Positions 33,249 through 43,901 of a stretch of 64,000 bases of DNA are shown here, one piece after another. Source of the DNA: Escherichia phage JLBYU50; sequence record OK272470.1; one strand, given 5' to 3'. Numbering within the stretch: the stretch's first letter is position 1; each line of letters begins with the position of its first letter. Below the pieces are notes generated by a model. The model worked only from the letters and a program-made list of their open reading frames with translations. It was not told the origin of the DNA and made no database searches. Made by a program: the position numbers and the translations under genes.

Positions 33249-33884
33249 ATGGGAATACCATTTGATTTAAAACTTGATGGTTCTAACGATTTAGTAATGG
33301 TAGATGGTGATTTAACACTAACCACAACTAAAAGTGAAATTGCAGCACAGACGCTTGGAATAACACTTAGAACTTTCCGTGGAGAATGGTTCCTCAATTC
33401 TAATTTTGGGGTTCCATATCTGCAAGAGATTATTGGTGTTGCCAAGAAGAAAGAGATTGTTGATCGCATTTTCTTATCAACTATCGCAAGTAATGTTTAT
33501 ATAGATAATATTAATTCCTACACATCCTCTTATGATAGAGATGATAGGTATTACTCAATGAACGTTACTGTTACAGTTGGTGAACAAGTTGTTAGTGCTC
33601 TATTCAGTACACAGCCGTCTGAAGAATATATCTATCCAGAAGCTGGTGACGATAATGCAGCAATCACTTGTGAAGCATTTGAAATTGTTGAATCTGCAAA
33701 TAGACTCTATCGCTTTATTAACATTGTTGGTCTTCCTAAAGATACTTATTCTACTTGGTGGAATGAGTGGTCTAACGAGGCATTGCTTGAAAAATACCTT
33801 GTTAACGAAGCCAATAAAGGTCTTGCAACCAATTACAACTATGCTATAACAGCAACAATGGGAGCTACAAATAATAATGGCTGA
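33249..33884 (+). CDS. baseplate protein (211 aa)
   Basis: ORF track; AATGGAGG RBS. Confidence 0.4.
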   Translation: MGIPFDLKLDGSNDLVMVDGDLTLTTTKSEIAAQTLGITLRTFRGEWFLNSNFGVPYLQEIIGVAKKKEIVDRIFLSTIASNVYIDNINSYTSSYDRDDRYYSMNVTVTVGEQVVSALFSTQPSEEYIYPEAGDDNAAITCEAFEIVESANRLYRFINIVGLPKDTYSTWWNEWSNEALLEKYLVNEANKGLATNYNYAITATMGATNNNG

Positions 33885-34350
33885 TTTAACTACAATCAAG
33901 GTGTCTGATCTACCTGTAACAACATCTGTTTCAGACACAGATTATTTTGTAACAGATCAATCAGGCATCACTAAGAAAACATCATTACGTGTTCTTCTTG
34001 CGGGTGCTGGTGTTACACGAAATCGTCTTTCTGCAAGGGGTACTGTTACAAATACCCTAGCTTTAGATATTAGCACGGCAGAGTATTTCTCTGCCACTTT
34101 ATCTAGTCCAACTTGCAGTATTTCATTTAGTAATGTTCCAGTTACAACTAACATTGTTCAAAACTTTACACTATCCCTACGTCAAGGCAGTGGAGCAAAT
34201 AAAGTAACGTGGCCTCAATCTGTTAAATGGAGTTTTGGTCGCGCTCCTGTTTTGAGTTATAAACAGGGAGCTACAGATATTTTTGAATTTGTTAGTTATG
34301 ATAATGGAGCTACCTGGATAGGTAGTTTAGTGATGGCAGGAGTGATTTAA
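33877..34350 (+). CDS. baseplate/tail protein (157 aa)
   Basis: ORF track; start overlaps upstream gene end. Confidence 0.4.
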   Translation: MADLTTIKVSDLPVTTSVSDTDYFVTDQSGITKKTSLRVLLAGAGVTRNRLSARGTVTNTLALDISTAEYFSATLSSPTCSISFSNVPVTTNIVQNFTLSLRQGSGANKVTWPQSVKWSFGRAPVLSYKQGATDIFEFVSYDNGATWIGSLVMAGVI

Positions 34351-37226
34351 TGTCAAGAATTAAGCACAGAATTGACAATGTTTTTCAACTGATCGATGGA
34401 CATATTCAGTTCTTAGATCGTAATACAGGTTTAACTGTAGATCCTACAGTGCAACACTATGTATTAAACCCACAAAACGTTCTAGCTAATAACAGACACT
34501 TTATAAACTGGACTGCTCAAGAAGGGCAACCAAACGGGGATGCTACAACAGAAGGTCAATCCGTGCTTATTCTTGGTTGCGCTTATGCATACCTGGCTTC
34601 CGGCGATACAAAGTATTTAGACTCTGCTAAAAAATATTGGCAAGCCTATATAGATTACTTCTTTGGTGGTCAACCTATCCCAGATCCGCCAGCAAAGTAT
34701 CGCCCTAACTGGATTATTAACGGTAAAGAACCACGTCTTGCACATTATCCTCTTACAGATGATGGCTACCCTACACACGGAGGTTTTAAGGGTAGCTTAA
34801 TGACGTGGACTAACGGTAGAACAGTTATTCCTCATGGTGCTCCACATTGGGGAGAATACCTTGACAAAGCATGGTTTGCTTTTAATGGTAATCTAGGATG
34901 GAACTCTGTAAACGCTACAGTATATGCTGTTAATGCAGATGGTACAACAGATTGGTCTAAGAAGGGAGATCAATGGGATGTTGATTGGATCATTGATCGT
35001 CTAGGACGTAAAGTTGATTGGGATGGAAATATCTTAGAAGAAGGTTTTCCAACATCTCAATACGGAACAGTTCAACTAAAAAATACTTCTGTAAATGGTA
35101 CATATAAATTTAACTACGCGACTTGTAACCCTGTTGAACACGGTGGTTATTTAATGGAGCGTAACACTATGTGGCATAACAGACCAGTTAACGTTCCGGT
35201 AGAAATGGGCTTTCAGGATAATGCGTCAGATGCCGAAACTTGGTGGTGTGATGCTAATTACCTGATGTACCAAATTACAGGGGAAAGAAAATATTGGCTA
35301 TGCTGGCAGTCTTCACTGTTAGTGTGTCAAGATTATTCAAACATTGATATGTTTGATAAATTCTTCCGTAAGTCTACATATGCAACTATTCCGTTTACAG
35401 ATGGCATCTCTTACGATTATTCGTATCCATCTACAGCAATACCTAAATATTCAAGAGATACTTTAGGTTATATTGTTATTAGACAAGATGTTGCTGCTCA
35501 AACAACATTAGAACAGCAAGCCATTTGGTTTAAAGTTGATCAGAACTCTAAGTTACGAGTCCAGTTTCAAGGTGTAGATGACGCAGGACAGGGTATTCTT
35601 TTCCGTCCAGAGTTGGAATTAAGTAAGACCAAAGATGAAAATAACACAGTAACTTACCGCTGTGGCTTACCACTAGGTACAGCTAATATGACAAGCATGG
35701 ATATTCCACTATCCAGCTTTATGAGAAGTACCCCTCCTAGTGGTGGAACATATATTATCGCAGATCCGCGAATTATTGTTGACTGGGGTGACAATACTGT
35801 GGTACAATATAAGTATGTAACAGGTATTGCTGGAACTAATAATGACCAGATTGTTACTGCATCAATGGATACGGATGGTGGTATCACTGTTGGTTTTTGG
35901 TTAACTCCTACATCAAAAGCTAATGTTAAGTCTATTACATATAGAACATATGAAGATGACTTTAACATGACTATCACGGATGCTCAAGGTTGGAGATGGT
36001 GGGTTATGCTTCCTAAAACACAAGGAGCATGGAGTACGAAGACTTTATCAGCTTCTGATTTTAAGTTAAGTGCTTACCAGCCTAATCATCCAGATACAGA
36101 TCCTAAACCTTCAGCAATAAATCTTACTGCGGTAGATCAGGTAAATTTAGTTCTTGATACGGCTCCTGTAAATGGTTTAACAGGAACAATAGATTTCTAT
36201 TGTATTAACGATGTACCTGAAAGATATTCGTCATCTTCTGGTGATGATTATACCATGTACTTCCGTATTACTGTACAGGCTTCAAGTCCTCATACTGCTA
36301 AATTAGGTGATTGTACTATTATTGACTATAAATTAAATAGTCTTAATTACACACCAGGAATAATTCCATTCTCTAATATCAGTGACCCAAACACTGCATT
36401 ATACGATGGATGGCGTGGTATTCCATACCCAGGATACCAGTATCCTTCCTTATACTGTTTCGCAGGTAGGGATATTGATTGGACACGTTTAAACAACAGT
36501 ATTGATTTCTTGTATGATGCTCAAATGTGGTTTTATAACACGTTTGATCCTGTGATGCCTGGGCCTATGGCACAAGCATATGTGTGGGATCGTTGGGATG
36601 CAAGAAAATACGGTGAACCTAATACGTTTACAATGAAACACTGGAATGAAAAAGCGTGGGATGGTTATGAAGCTCGTGCATTCTACTGTGCTTGTCATGC
36701 TGTATACGAACTTGTACAAAGAGGAGAAACACCTCCTGAAAAACTAGTAACTGTTTGTAAAAATTGGATCAACTACCTTAAATGGTTCCAAGACAATAAT
36801 GATGGAAGAACACCAACTATCTTTAACCCAGATGGTACAGTTCTTGCTCCTATAGATGACTTTACTAGTCATATGTCTGCACTGTTTATGGCGGGTTGTT
36901 CAATCATGGGCTTGGCAGGTTATGATTCACAAATTCCAAACATTGGTATTGTAGCAGACAGATGTTTTGATCTGATTCAGCAAAACTATATTGTGCTTTC
37001 CCCTAACCATCCGATGAATGGTTCCTGGAGTGTTGCACCACGCCCAGATTCAGATAACGGAATGTTCTTTGGTTTCCATGCTGGAGAACTATTACGTGGT
37101 TTTGGTTTATATGCCTTGTATCGTAAACTAAACCCTCAAAACGCTTTACCAATTTTGGATAATAGTAACATACCAACACTAACTGTTCTAACTATGAATG
37201 ATATTAGTGTTGATGTAACCAAATAA
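34350..37226 (+). CDS. large tail/baseplate protein (958 aa), Trp/Tyr-rich
   Basis: ORF track; AGGAG RBS; start overlaps upstream stop. Confidence 0.45.
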   Translation: MSRIKHRIDNVFQLIDGHIQFLDRNTGLTVDPTVQHYVLNPQNVLANNRHFINWTAQEGQPNGDATTEGQSVLILGCAYAYLASGDTKYLDSAKKYWQAYIDYFFGGQPIPDPPAKYRPNWIINGKEPRLAHYPLTDDGYPTHGGFKGSLMTWTNGRTVIPHGAPHWGEYLDKAWFAFNGNLGWNSVNATVYAVNADGTTDWSKKGDQWDVDWIIDRLGRKVDWDGNILEEGFPTSQYGTVQLKNTSVNGTYKFNYATCNPVEHGGYLMERNTMWHNRPVNVPVEMGFQDNASDAETWWCDANYLMYQITGERKYWLCWQSSLLVCQDYSNIDMFDKFFRKSTYATIPFTDGISYDYSYPSTAIPKYSRDTLGYIVIRQDVAAQTTLEQQAIWFKVDQNSKLRVQFQGVDDAGQGILFRPELELSKTKDENNTVTYRCGLPLGTANMTSMDIPLSSFMRSTPPSGGTYIIADPRIIVDWGDNTVVQYKYVTGIAGTNNDQIVTASMDTDGGITVGFWLTPTSKANVKSITYRTYEDDFNMTITDAQGWRWWVMLPKTQGAWSTKTLSASDFKLSAYQPNHPDTDPKPSAINLTAVDQVNLVLDTAPVNGLTGTIDFYCINDVPERYSSSSGDDYTMYFRITVQASSPHTAKLGDCTIIDYKLNSLNYTPGIIPFSNISDPNTALYDGWRGIPYPGYQYPSLYCFAGRDIDWTRLNNSIDFLYDAQMWFYNTFDPVMPGPMAQAYVWDRWDARKYGEPNTFTMKHWNEKAWDGYEARAFYCACHAVYELVQRGETPPEKLVTVCKNWINYLKWFQDNNDGRTPTIFNPDGTVLAPIDDFTSHMSALFMAGCSIMGLAGYDSQIPNIGIVADRCFDLIQQNYIVLSPNHPMNGSWSVAPRPDSDNGMFFGFHAGELLRGFGLYALYRKLNPQNALPILDNSNIPTLTVLTMNDISVDVTK

Positions 37227-37234
37227 GGAAAATA

Positions 37235-39394
37235 ATGAAACAGGCTATTTTTACTGTAACTCGAAATACGAGAGTAAATGCCAGTTCATTCAGCTATAAG
37301 ACCGTCGATGGAACGGCGGTCGCTGGTAGAGATTATGTAGCTAAACAGGGAACAGTAACGTTCCCTTCTGATGCAGATTCTGCTACTGTAGTGGTTGATG
37401 TATATGAACGTCCGGCAAACTCTTTAGATCTTTATTTTACTCTTGAGATTACTAGCATAAGTCAAAATAACATGATGATCAACGAAGAAATTCGTTGTGT
37501 TATTACGACTGATCAATCGAATACAACCCCACTAACTTGGCCTGTTGTGAAGTCTAGAATGTTTGATCCTAAGTTTTGGACAATAGATTCTCAAGCAACA
37601 GAGAGCTGTTCTATTATCTCTAATGGTGATTCTTTCACAGCAAGAATGGTTAATAGGACAGTGGCTGGTCTTGCTGGGATTATTTGGTCAACTTACGATA
37701 AATATGATCACAAAGGATTAGGCTACCAAGAACATTCTGACTTAAGTAAAGAGAAACTTTGGTTTAAAATGGAACTTAGTCAAGGTGTTCCTGGATTAAA
37801 AGAAGAAAAATTATTGCCATCCTTAACAGTGACACTGAAGGATGAAACAGTTCATTATGTATCTCTAAACTTTTATGCAGAAGAAGTTTCAGAGGACGGT
37901 AAAACAGCAACAATAAAATTAGATTTCTCAAATTTAAAATCTGGGCCAGAAAATGATATTGTTGTTGACACTACACAGATAGATAATATGTTCTTCTCCT
38001 TGATCTCCACAAGGTATCAAGAAATTGAAGATGTTATACCTGTAGACAATATGGATCTTTCCTTTAAGTTTACCATACTAGAGCCTGATACTGGTTACAG
38101 TATGATGAATATGGGTAATTTAAATGTTCCGGCGCACACCATAAGAATGTGTACATCTTATGATGATATGTATAACCTAACCCCAGAGCGAGTTATTTCT
38201 AACACCTATAGATTAGGTTATAGAGATATGATTAACCATTATAATGGTATGTCACACTATTATCAATTTAGTTGGGATGCTGGATCTAATAAATGGGCTT
38301 TGAACAGAACAGAATATTTAAACCCAGCAACAGAAGCCTGGTTTGACAATTTCCACGCTAATGCAAAAGCTATGGGCTACACAGTAATGAACTCCTTAAG
38401 TTTTGAACTTATGAGTACAGTGTGTCCTGTAGAATGGGTACAACATGCTTGGAATGATGATCTTGCTGCTACAGGTTATGAGCCACCAAGTTATGTTTTA
38501 TCTCCTTCAATTGATGAAGGGATGAATTATTTACAAGGTGTAATAAATAAGATAGCTTCTATATCCGCTGCCAATGATCTTCCTGTTATTATTCAGGTTG
38601 GTGAACCGTGGTGGTGGTATAACACAGCTACCAATCTACCGTGTATTTATGATTATACAACCAAAGTTGCATTTAATAATGAAACTGGATTATATGCACA
38701 AGATGTTGGTACAGTTAAGAATTATAAAACTGGTACACCATATGATGAATATTATGCATTCCTATCTAAAACATTAGGACTACGTGTTGCTAAGTTTGCA
38801 ACGGATACTAGATTAGCATATCCTGGAGCGAAAGTTACATTGTTACCATTTGTGCCATCCATTTTGGGTAATGGTATGATGGAGTTTGTTAACTTCCCTA
38901 AAGATTATTATATCCCAGAAAACTTTGACTTTTATTGTTCAGAATGTTATGACTGGTTGTTGGAAGGCAAGATGGAAAGATCTTTCGACGCTATCACAAT
39001 ACCTAATGAGCAACTAGGTTTTAGTTACGATAAGATACATTATCTTGCAGGGTTTGTTCCAGATGCAACTCTAGCACCATTATATGGCTTTGATCCTGAA
39101 TCAAACTATAGAACATATTTGTGGAAAATGATTATAGGCAATATTGTATTGAATGACCAGAAGTTTGTTGGTTTATATCAATACATATGGGCTTACCCAC
39201 AAATAATGCATGATTCAATAACTGTTCTTAATTCAAAATCCCAAGTGTTTTATATGGGTAATGTGCCTTTGAATTGCTACTTGCAAGATATCACTCTTAA
39301 ACAGGTAAATGTTGAGATTGCCACTATAAGTGGAATTACATTAGCCACTAAATCTGGAGAAGATTTAGTAACAACACAAAAATTTTATATATAG
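37235..39394 (+). CDS. tail/baseplate protein (719 aa)
   Basis: ORF track; AAGGAA RBS. Confidence 0.45.
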   Translation: MKQAIFTVTRNTRVNASSFSYKTVDGTAVAGRDYVAKQGTVTFPSDADSATVVVDVYERPANSLDLYFTLEITSISQNNMMINEEIRCVITTDQSNTTPLTWPVVKSRMFDPKFWTIDSQATESCSIISNGDSFTARMVNRTVAGLAGIIWSTYDKYDHKGLGYQEHSDLSKEKLWFKMELSQGVPGLKEEKLLPSLTVTLKDETVHYVSLNFYAEEVSEDGKTATIKLDFSNLKSGPENDIVVDTTQIDNMFFSLISTRYQEIEDVIPVDNMDLSFKFTILEPDTGYSMMNMGNLNVPAHTIRMCTSYDDMYNLTPERVISNTYRLGYRDMINHYNGMSHYYQFSWDAGSNKWALNRTEYLNPATEAWFDNFHANAKAMGYTVMNSLSFELMSTVCPVEWVQHAWNDDLAATGYEPPSYVLSPSIDEGMNYLQGVINKIASISAANDLPVIIQVGEPWWWYNTATNLPCIYDYTTKVAFNNETGLYAQDVGTVKNYKTGTPYDEYYAFLSKTLGLRVAKFATDTRLAYPGAKVTLLPFVPSILGNGMMEFVNFPKDYYIPENFDFYCSECYDWLLEGKMERSFDAITIPNEQLGFSYDKIHYLAGFVPDATLAPLYGFDPESNYRTYLWKMIIGNIVLNDQKFVGLYQYIWAYPQIMHDSITVLNSKSQVFYMGNVPLNCYLQDITLKQVNVEIATISGITLATKSGEDLVTTQKFYI

Positions 39395-39402
39395 GAGTAA
39401 AA

Positions 39403-41976
39403 ATGTCAACTACAATTACTAATTTACCCGAAACATCAAAAGTTAATGGTTCTGATTACCTGGTTTTAGACCAACCTGATAAGACTGTTAAAAGCACAGT
39501 TTCCAACTTTCTTGCTGACACTGGGGTGGTTTTAGCCACCCAGTTGAAAGATACAGATGGAGCAGATTTAATACAATCCTCAAATGGTAATACTGTTCAG
39601 GAAGAGTTGAATAACAATCTTCTTAATGATCGTGAACAGTGGCATCGTAGTCTTGCTGAGGCAGGGTTAACCCTTGTCAACGGTAGCTTTGAAGAAGGGG
39701 CTACAGTAAACAATAAGACGGATGCTGTTTGGCATATTGCTGGTGGGCAGTGCTATACGTGGGGTGGTGAATTTCCTAAAACAGTAGCTGCTGGTTCAAC
39801 TCCAGAAACATCTGGTGGCATTGGTCTTGGTGCATGGGTTAGTGTTGTGGATATGTCATTAAGGGATAATCTTTCAAACTCCAGTAATGATAATTACGGT
39901 GATGCGCTGGTAGCAGTTAAGCAGCCGTATACTACCGCAATAAGTAGAACGCAGCATGATAAAAATGCTGATGTACTTGATATTTCGGATTTTGGTGTAG
40001 ACATAACTGGTGCTTCTGATGAGGGTAGTAAGTTACAACAGATATTTAATGAGTTGGCCGCAGCAGGCAAGACTATTCGTATGCGCGGTTCTGTAAAGAC
40101 TACTATTAACCTAGATATAAGGTGTAACGTGCTGTTTGAGCAGGGTTTCAAACTAACTGGCGTGAAACTAGAAACTGGACCTCAGACTTACATTAATATT
40201 TTTAATCGTAATGTAGATGTAAGCCATATTATCCTAGATGGTATTGTTATGTGTTTCTACCCCGTAAGTTCCACTACTACTGTTAGAAACAAAAGATGTA
40301 TTACGTTTACATCCAACACGTTAGAAGATTCATGTGTTCAGGTGGGCGGTAATAACCTATCTGTACGTAACGTGTTAATTTCTAACAATACTTTTAAGAA
40401 CTCTGGGTCACGTATTCCAACAGCAATTCGCCTAACTAATGTCTCAAATATTGAGGTGAGTTTTAACCTTATCCATGAGTATGGTAGACCTATTTACCAA
40501 ACAGCAACCCGCTCTTTCTCCAACTACAATGTCAATATACACCACAATAATATGGTTTGTGAGTATGGTATAACTCTTGCGGGTACTACTGCTTTTAGGG
40601 TTAGTAAGTTCACAATTGCTGACAATGACATTGTTTGCGAGGTAAGAAATACAGCAACAGGTGGTCGGGATGGTATTGATGTAGTTTATGGTACTAGTGG
40701 TTTGATTACTAACAATAACATAAGGACAAACGGAAGAAGCCTTAGACTGTCTAATACTAAGGTAGATGTACTGTTTAACGATATGATATCCAGCGCAACC
40801 AGTGCATTCTCAGTATTAATGGCGAGTTGTTATGAGTCATCATTTGTTGGTAACACTGTTTTCAATAACTCAACTGCTGAAATTATTGTTGTACATGTGC
40901 AGGATGAAGCTGGTGGGCTTTACCGGAGTAATAACATTCGTGTGGAATCTAATACAATCAAGGGATTTGGTAGGCTGATTCGGGTATTAGATACAAAGGA
41001 TTATGTTGTCATCAATAACAGATTAATCAGAACATCAAACAATGGTAATGCAGTTATTATTGCGGATGGGACTAGTGACAGAGGCCAGGTGCATAGCAAT
41101 GTGGTAGTTGGTCCTGCTGGAGTGGTAGTATCTGATATAGGCGGAACCAACAATGCAACAACCCCTGCTGATACACTGCTGAGTGTTGCAGCTAACAGCA
41201 AGACCATAACAGCCGTGGCGAATGGATTAGTTGATCCAGACTTGAATAATTCGAAGGCATTCATCTTCAATGTTCAGGTGTCTGATGTTCAACTATTACG
41301 TGCGGTATCTTCTACAGGCTCAGGAAATGCTAAAACCGTATCTCAGTTCATGTCGGGTATAACTGGGGCAACTCTGGCATGGAATGGTACTGCCTTCCTA
41401 TCAGAGATGTCTGGACCACCAGATATATTTGTGAATGGTGTACTTCAAGATTCCTATGGTGCAGAAGACTATGTGTTCTACAGATCAGGGATGCTTATTG
41501 ATTCCCAGAATAAACTCAGTGTTAGAGACTTCCAGTGTATTGGGGATGGGGATACCATAAACGATGGGACTGGTAATATGACCCTTCGTAATATGGCAGC
41601 AGCACAATCGGCTGAGGGCGCTATTCACAGTGCTTTCTTCCGTGCTCCTCTTGTTATGAATGGCTCAGTGTATGACCCTACAGTAACAGGTATTGCATCT
41701 TCAGATTTGTTTAGCACAGCTCTAGATCCAAGAATGGCTATAGGACAAAAAGCTGATGGAACCTACGTTATTATTTGTGTTAATGGCAGAAACGCAGATG
41801 GGGTAAGTCCAGGCTGCACTATGCAGCAGCTAGCTTCTAAGTTTGTAGCCCTTGGTTGTATCAACGCAATGAATTTGGATGGCGGCGGTTCAGCTACTCT
41901 TTGGTATAACGGTGCTATCATTAATGACCCGGCGGATGGAAGTGAACGCCCTGTTTACCATTGTATGTATGTGTAA
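39403..41976 (+). CDS. tailspike-like protein: beta-helix body plus C-terminal NLDGGGS domain
   Basis: N/V/I-rich repetitive beta-helix-like middle region; C-terminal ...CINAMNLDGGGSATLWYNGAIINDPADGSERPVYHCM resembles the phosphodiester-glycosidase (NAGPA/DUF2233-type) signature. Confidence 0.55.
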   Translation: MSTTITNLPETSKVNGSDYLVLDQPDKTVKSTVSNFLADTGVVLATQLKDTDGADLIQSSNGNTVQEELNNNLLNDREQWHRSLAEAGLTLVNGSFEEGATVNNKTDAVWHIAGGQCYTWGGEFPKTVAAGSTPETSGGIGLGAWVSVVDMSLRDNLSNSSNDNYGDALVAVKQPYTTAISRTQHDKNADVLDISDFGVDITGASDEGSKLQQIFNELAAAGKTIRMRGSVKTTINLDIRCNVLFEQGFKLTGVKLETGPQTYINIFNRNVDVSHIILDGIVMCFYPVSSTTTVRNKRCITFTSNTLEDSCVQVGGNNLSVRNVLISNNTFKNSGSRIPTAIRLTNVSNIEVSFNLIHEYGRPIYQTATRSFSNYNVNIHHNNMVCEYGITLAGTTAFRVSKFTIADNDIVCEVRNTATGGRDGIDVVYGTSGLITNNNIRTNGRSLRLSNTKVDVLFNDMISSATSAFSVLMASCYESSFVGNTVFNNSTAEIIVVHVQDEAGGLYRSNNIRVESNTIKGFGRLIRVLDTKDYVVINNRLIRTSNNGNAVIIADGTSDRGQVHSNVVVGPAGVVVSDIGGTNNATTPADTLLSVAANSKTITAVANGLVDPDLNNSKAFIFNVQVSDVQLLRAVSSTGSGNAKTVSQFMSGITGATLAWNGTAFLSEMSGPPDIFVNGVLQDSYGAEDYVFYRSGMLIDSQNKLSVRDFQCIGDGDTINDGTGNMTLRNMAAAQSAEGAIHSAFFRAPLVMNGSVYDPTVTGIASSDLFSTALDPRMAIGQKADGTYVIICVNGRNADGVSPGCTMQQLASKFVALGCINAMNLDGGGSATLWYNGAIINDPADGSERPVYHCMYV

Positions 41977-42016
41977 TTATCTGGTGGGACTATGCTAATG
42001 GCGTAGATTTCATAGC

Positions 42017-42045
42017 AAAAAAAAACCCCGCTTCGGCGGGGTAAT
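42017..42045. terminator. GC stem-loop CCCCGC-TTCG-GCGGGG flanked by A-run upstream
   Basis: perfect 6-bp stem; A8 run on the 5' side means the U-tract is on the minus strand although flanking genes are on +. Confidence 0.4.
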
Positions 42046-42071
42046 CATTGAGAATAACAATAGGAGTACAT

Positions 42072-42170
42072 ATGGAATCTCAACTCAGTCAACCTAAGCA
42101 GGTTATCAACGTCAAAGTGAACAAGCAGAGTATCGCTCATGATTTAAAAAGTAATGAGAACGCACTATGA
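42072..42170 (+). CDS. small protein (32 aa)
   Basis: below ORF-track cut-off; AGGAG RBS 6 nt upstream; stop TGA overlaps ATG of next gene (ATGA). Confidence 0.3.
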   Translation: MESQLSQPKQVINVKVNKQSIAHDLKSNENAL

Positions 42171-42412
42171 GAAAATTTTTAATAGGTATGTTCTGTACAT
42201 ATCCTGATAATAAAGTCAGTTCTACTAAAGTTTGGAATGCTATTGGTATGATTGTTATGTCCAGTATGTTTATTTATTTGGGAATTGATAAAGAAATTCC
42301 TGAATGGATGGGCTGGGCTTTTGTTTTTATGATCACACCATCCAGACTAATGAAGAATTTAATAGATTTACGTTGGGGCAGATCACCTGCTCCTGATAAG
42401 GAGGATAACTAA
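42167..42412 (+). CDS. small membrane protein with two predicted TM helices (holin-like topology)
   Basis: 81 aa; hydrophobic segments IGMIVMSSMFIYLGI and WMGWAFVFMITP, charged C-terminus. Confidence 0.45.
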   Translation: MRKFLIGMFCTYPDNKVSSTKVWNAIGMIVMSSMFIYLGIDKEIPEWMGWAFVFMITPSRLMKNLIDLRWGRSPAPDKEDN

Positions 42413-43899
42413 TGGCAGATTATGGTTTAACAGATGCTGGTTTTGTAATTCCAACGTTTGATGATATTTTAAATAATTATATGACAGCATTGAAAAACAC
42501 TTTCGGTGCAGATACAGCTACATCTGAAGATACTGTCTTTGGTCAACTGTTTCGTATTATTGCATATACAGATTACACCCTTTGGGAAGGTATGCAAGGT
42601 GTTTACAATACCCAAACCTTAGATGGTGCAGAAGGTATTTACCTTGATGAAATCTTCTCTAAAAGAGGTTTTTATCGTAAAGCTGCTTCTGCTGGTAGTG
42701 GTTATGCTTATGTTAAATCTAACAATAAGGCAGCTTGGACTTATGAACTAAGCACAGATGTTTATTTTAATGCTGATAACGATTTAACATATTATGTCAG
42801 TGCACCGACAATGTTGAATGCTAAGATTGGAGCATATACCATTTCTAAAGCAAACGCAACAGCTTCTGGTGAAACTTCCATTACTTTCTACATTCAAAGT
42901 GCCATTGATGGTGGGCTTAACAGTAAAACACTAAGTCCTAGCAATACAAACTTTATTGTAGACCTCACGAATTTCATTAAAGCTAACGTATCAACAACAG
43001 ATCGTGCTTTAGTATGGAATGATGCTAGTAATGTTTACATGGGTTATAATCCAGAAGATAATGTTAACCCAGTAGGTCTAGTAACACCAGTGAAATTTTA
43101 CGCATCTATTGCAATAGGTACAAAATGGAGTGAAATTCCAGTTACGTGTTCAGACGTTGGTTATAATCCAGTAGGTACAGAAAGTATTACAGGTATTTCT
43201 TCAACGTTTACAGGCTTTTTAGATACAGGTAACTTCTATCCGTTCTCTCCAGGTACAGATGTTGAAACAGATGCAGAATTCCGTTCTCGTTTCAATGATA
43301 ATATGGATGAAGCTAATGCTGCTACTCGTGCTGCTATTGTTAAAGCTCTATTACTGACAGATGGTGTGACAAAGGTTAAGATTTATGATAACCCTACACT
43401 ACACGATCAGGAACATGCTCCAGCTATGACATTCCAGACTATTGTGTATGGTGGTACAGCAGAAGAAGTTGCACAGGTTATTTATAATACTAAGCCTATT
43501 AACACCTTAACTTATGGTACGACAGCAATTACTATCATAACAGAAGATGGTGGTCAAGAAGTAATTCGTTTTTCTCCTGGGGATAATGCGGAATACTCGC
43601 TTAAACTGGTGTATCAAACTGGCAATGGTAGTGTGTTAAGTACAACAGAAAGGGAAAATATTGTTTCTGCTCTTGCAAACTTACAGGCTTATTTTGAATT
43701 AGGGTCAACAGTAACTAACGACCAGATAAAAGGTGTAATTTATTCTGCACTTGCGTTCGGACGCTTGACTTCTCTCCGTGTTTATGTTAAACTTAATACT
43801 GAGGATGACAGTAAATATAATGAGGGAGATATCACTCCAGCGTACAATGTTGTACCATCCTTTGACCTTGATAATATTTCCTACGAGTACGGAGTCTAA
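42412..43899 (+). CDS. baseplate/tail structural protein (495 aa)
   Basis: ORF track; AAGGAGG RBS; start overlaps upstream stop. Confidence 0.45.
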   Translation: MADYGLTDAGFVIPTFDDILNNYMTALKNTFGADTATSEDTVFGQLFRIIAYTDYTLWEGMQGVYNTQTLDGAEGIYLDEIFSKRGFYRKAASAGSGYAYVKSNNKAAWTYELSTDVYFNADNDLTYYVSAPTMLNAKIGAYTISKANATASGETSITFYIQSAIDGGLNSKTLSPSNTNFIVDLTNFIKANVSTTDRALVWNDASNVYMGYNPEDNVNPVGLVTPVKFYASIAIGTKWSEIPVTCSDVGYNPVGTESITGISSTFTGFLDTGNFYPFSPGTDVETDAEFRSRFNDNMDEANAATRAAIVKALLLTDGVTKVKIYDNPTLHDQEHAPAMTFQTIVYGGTAEEVAQVIYNTKPINTLTYGTTAITIITEDGGQEVIRFSPGDNAEYSLKLVYQTGNGSVLSTTERENIVSALANLQAYFELGSTVTNDQIKGVIYSALAFGRLTSLRVYVKLNTEDDSKYNEGDITPAYNVVPSFDLDNISYEYGV

Positions 43900-43901
43900 A
43901 A

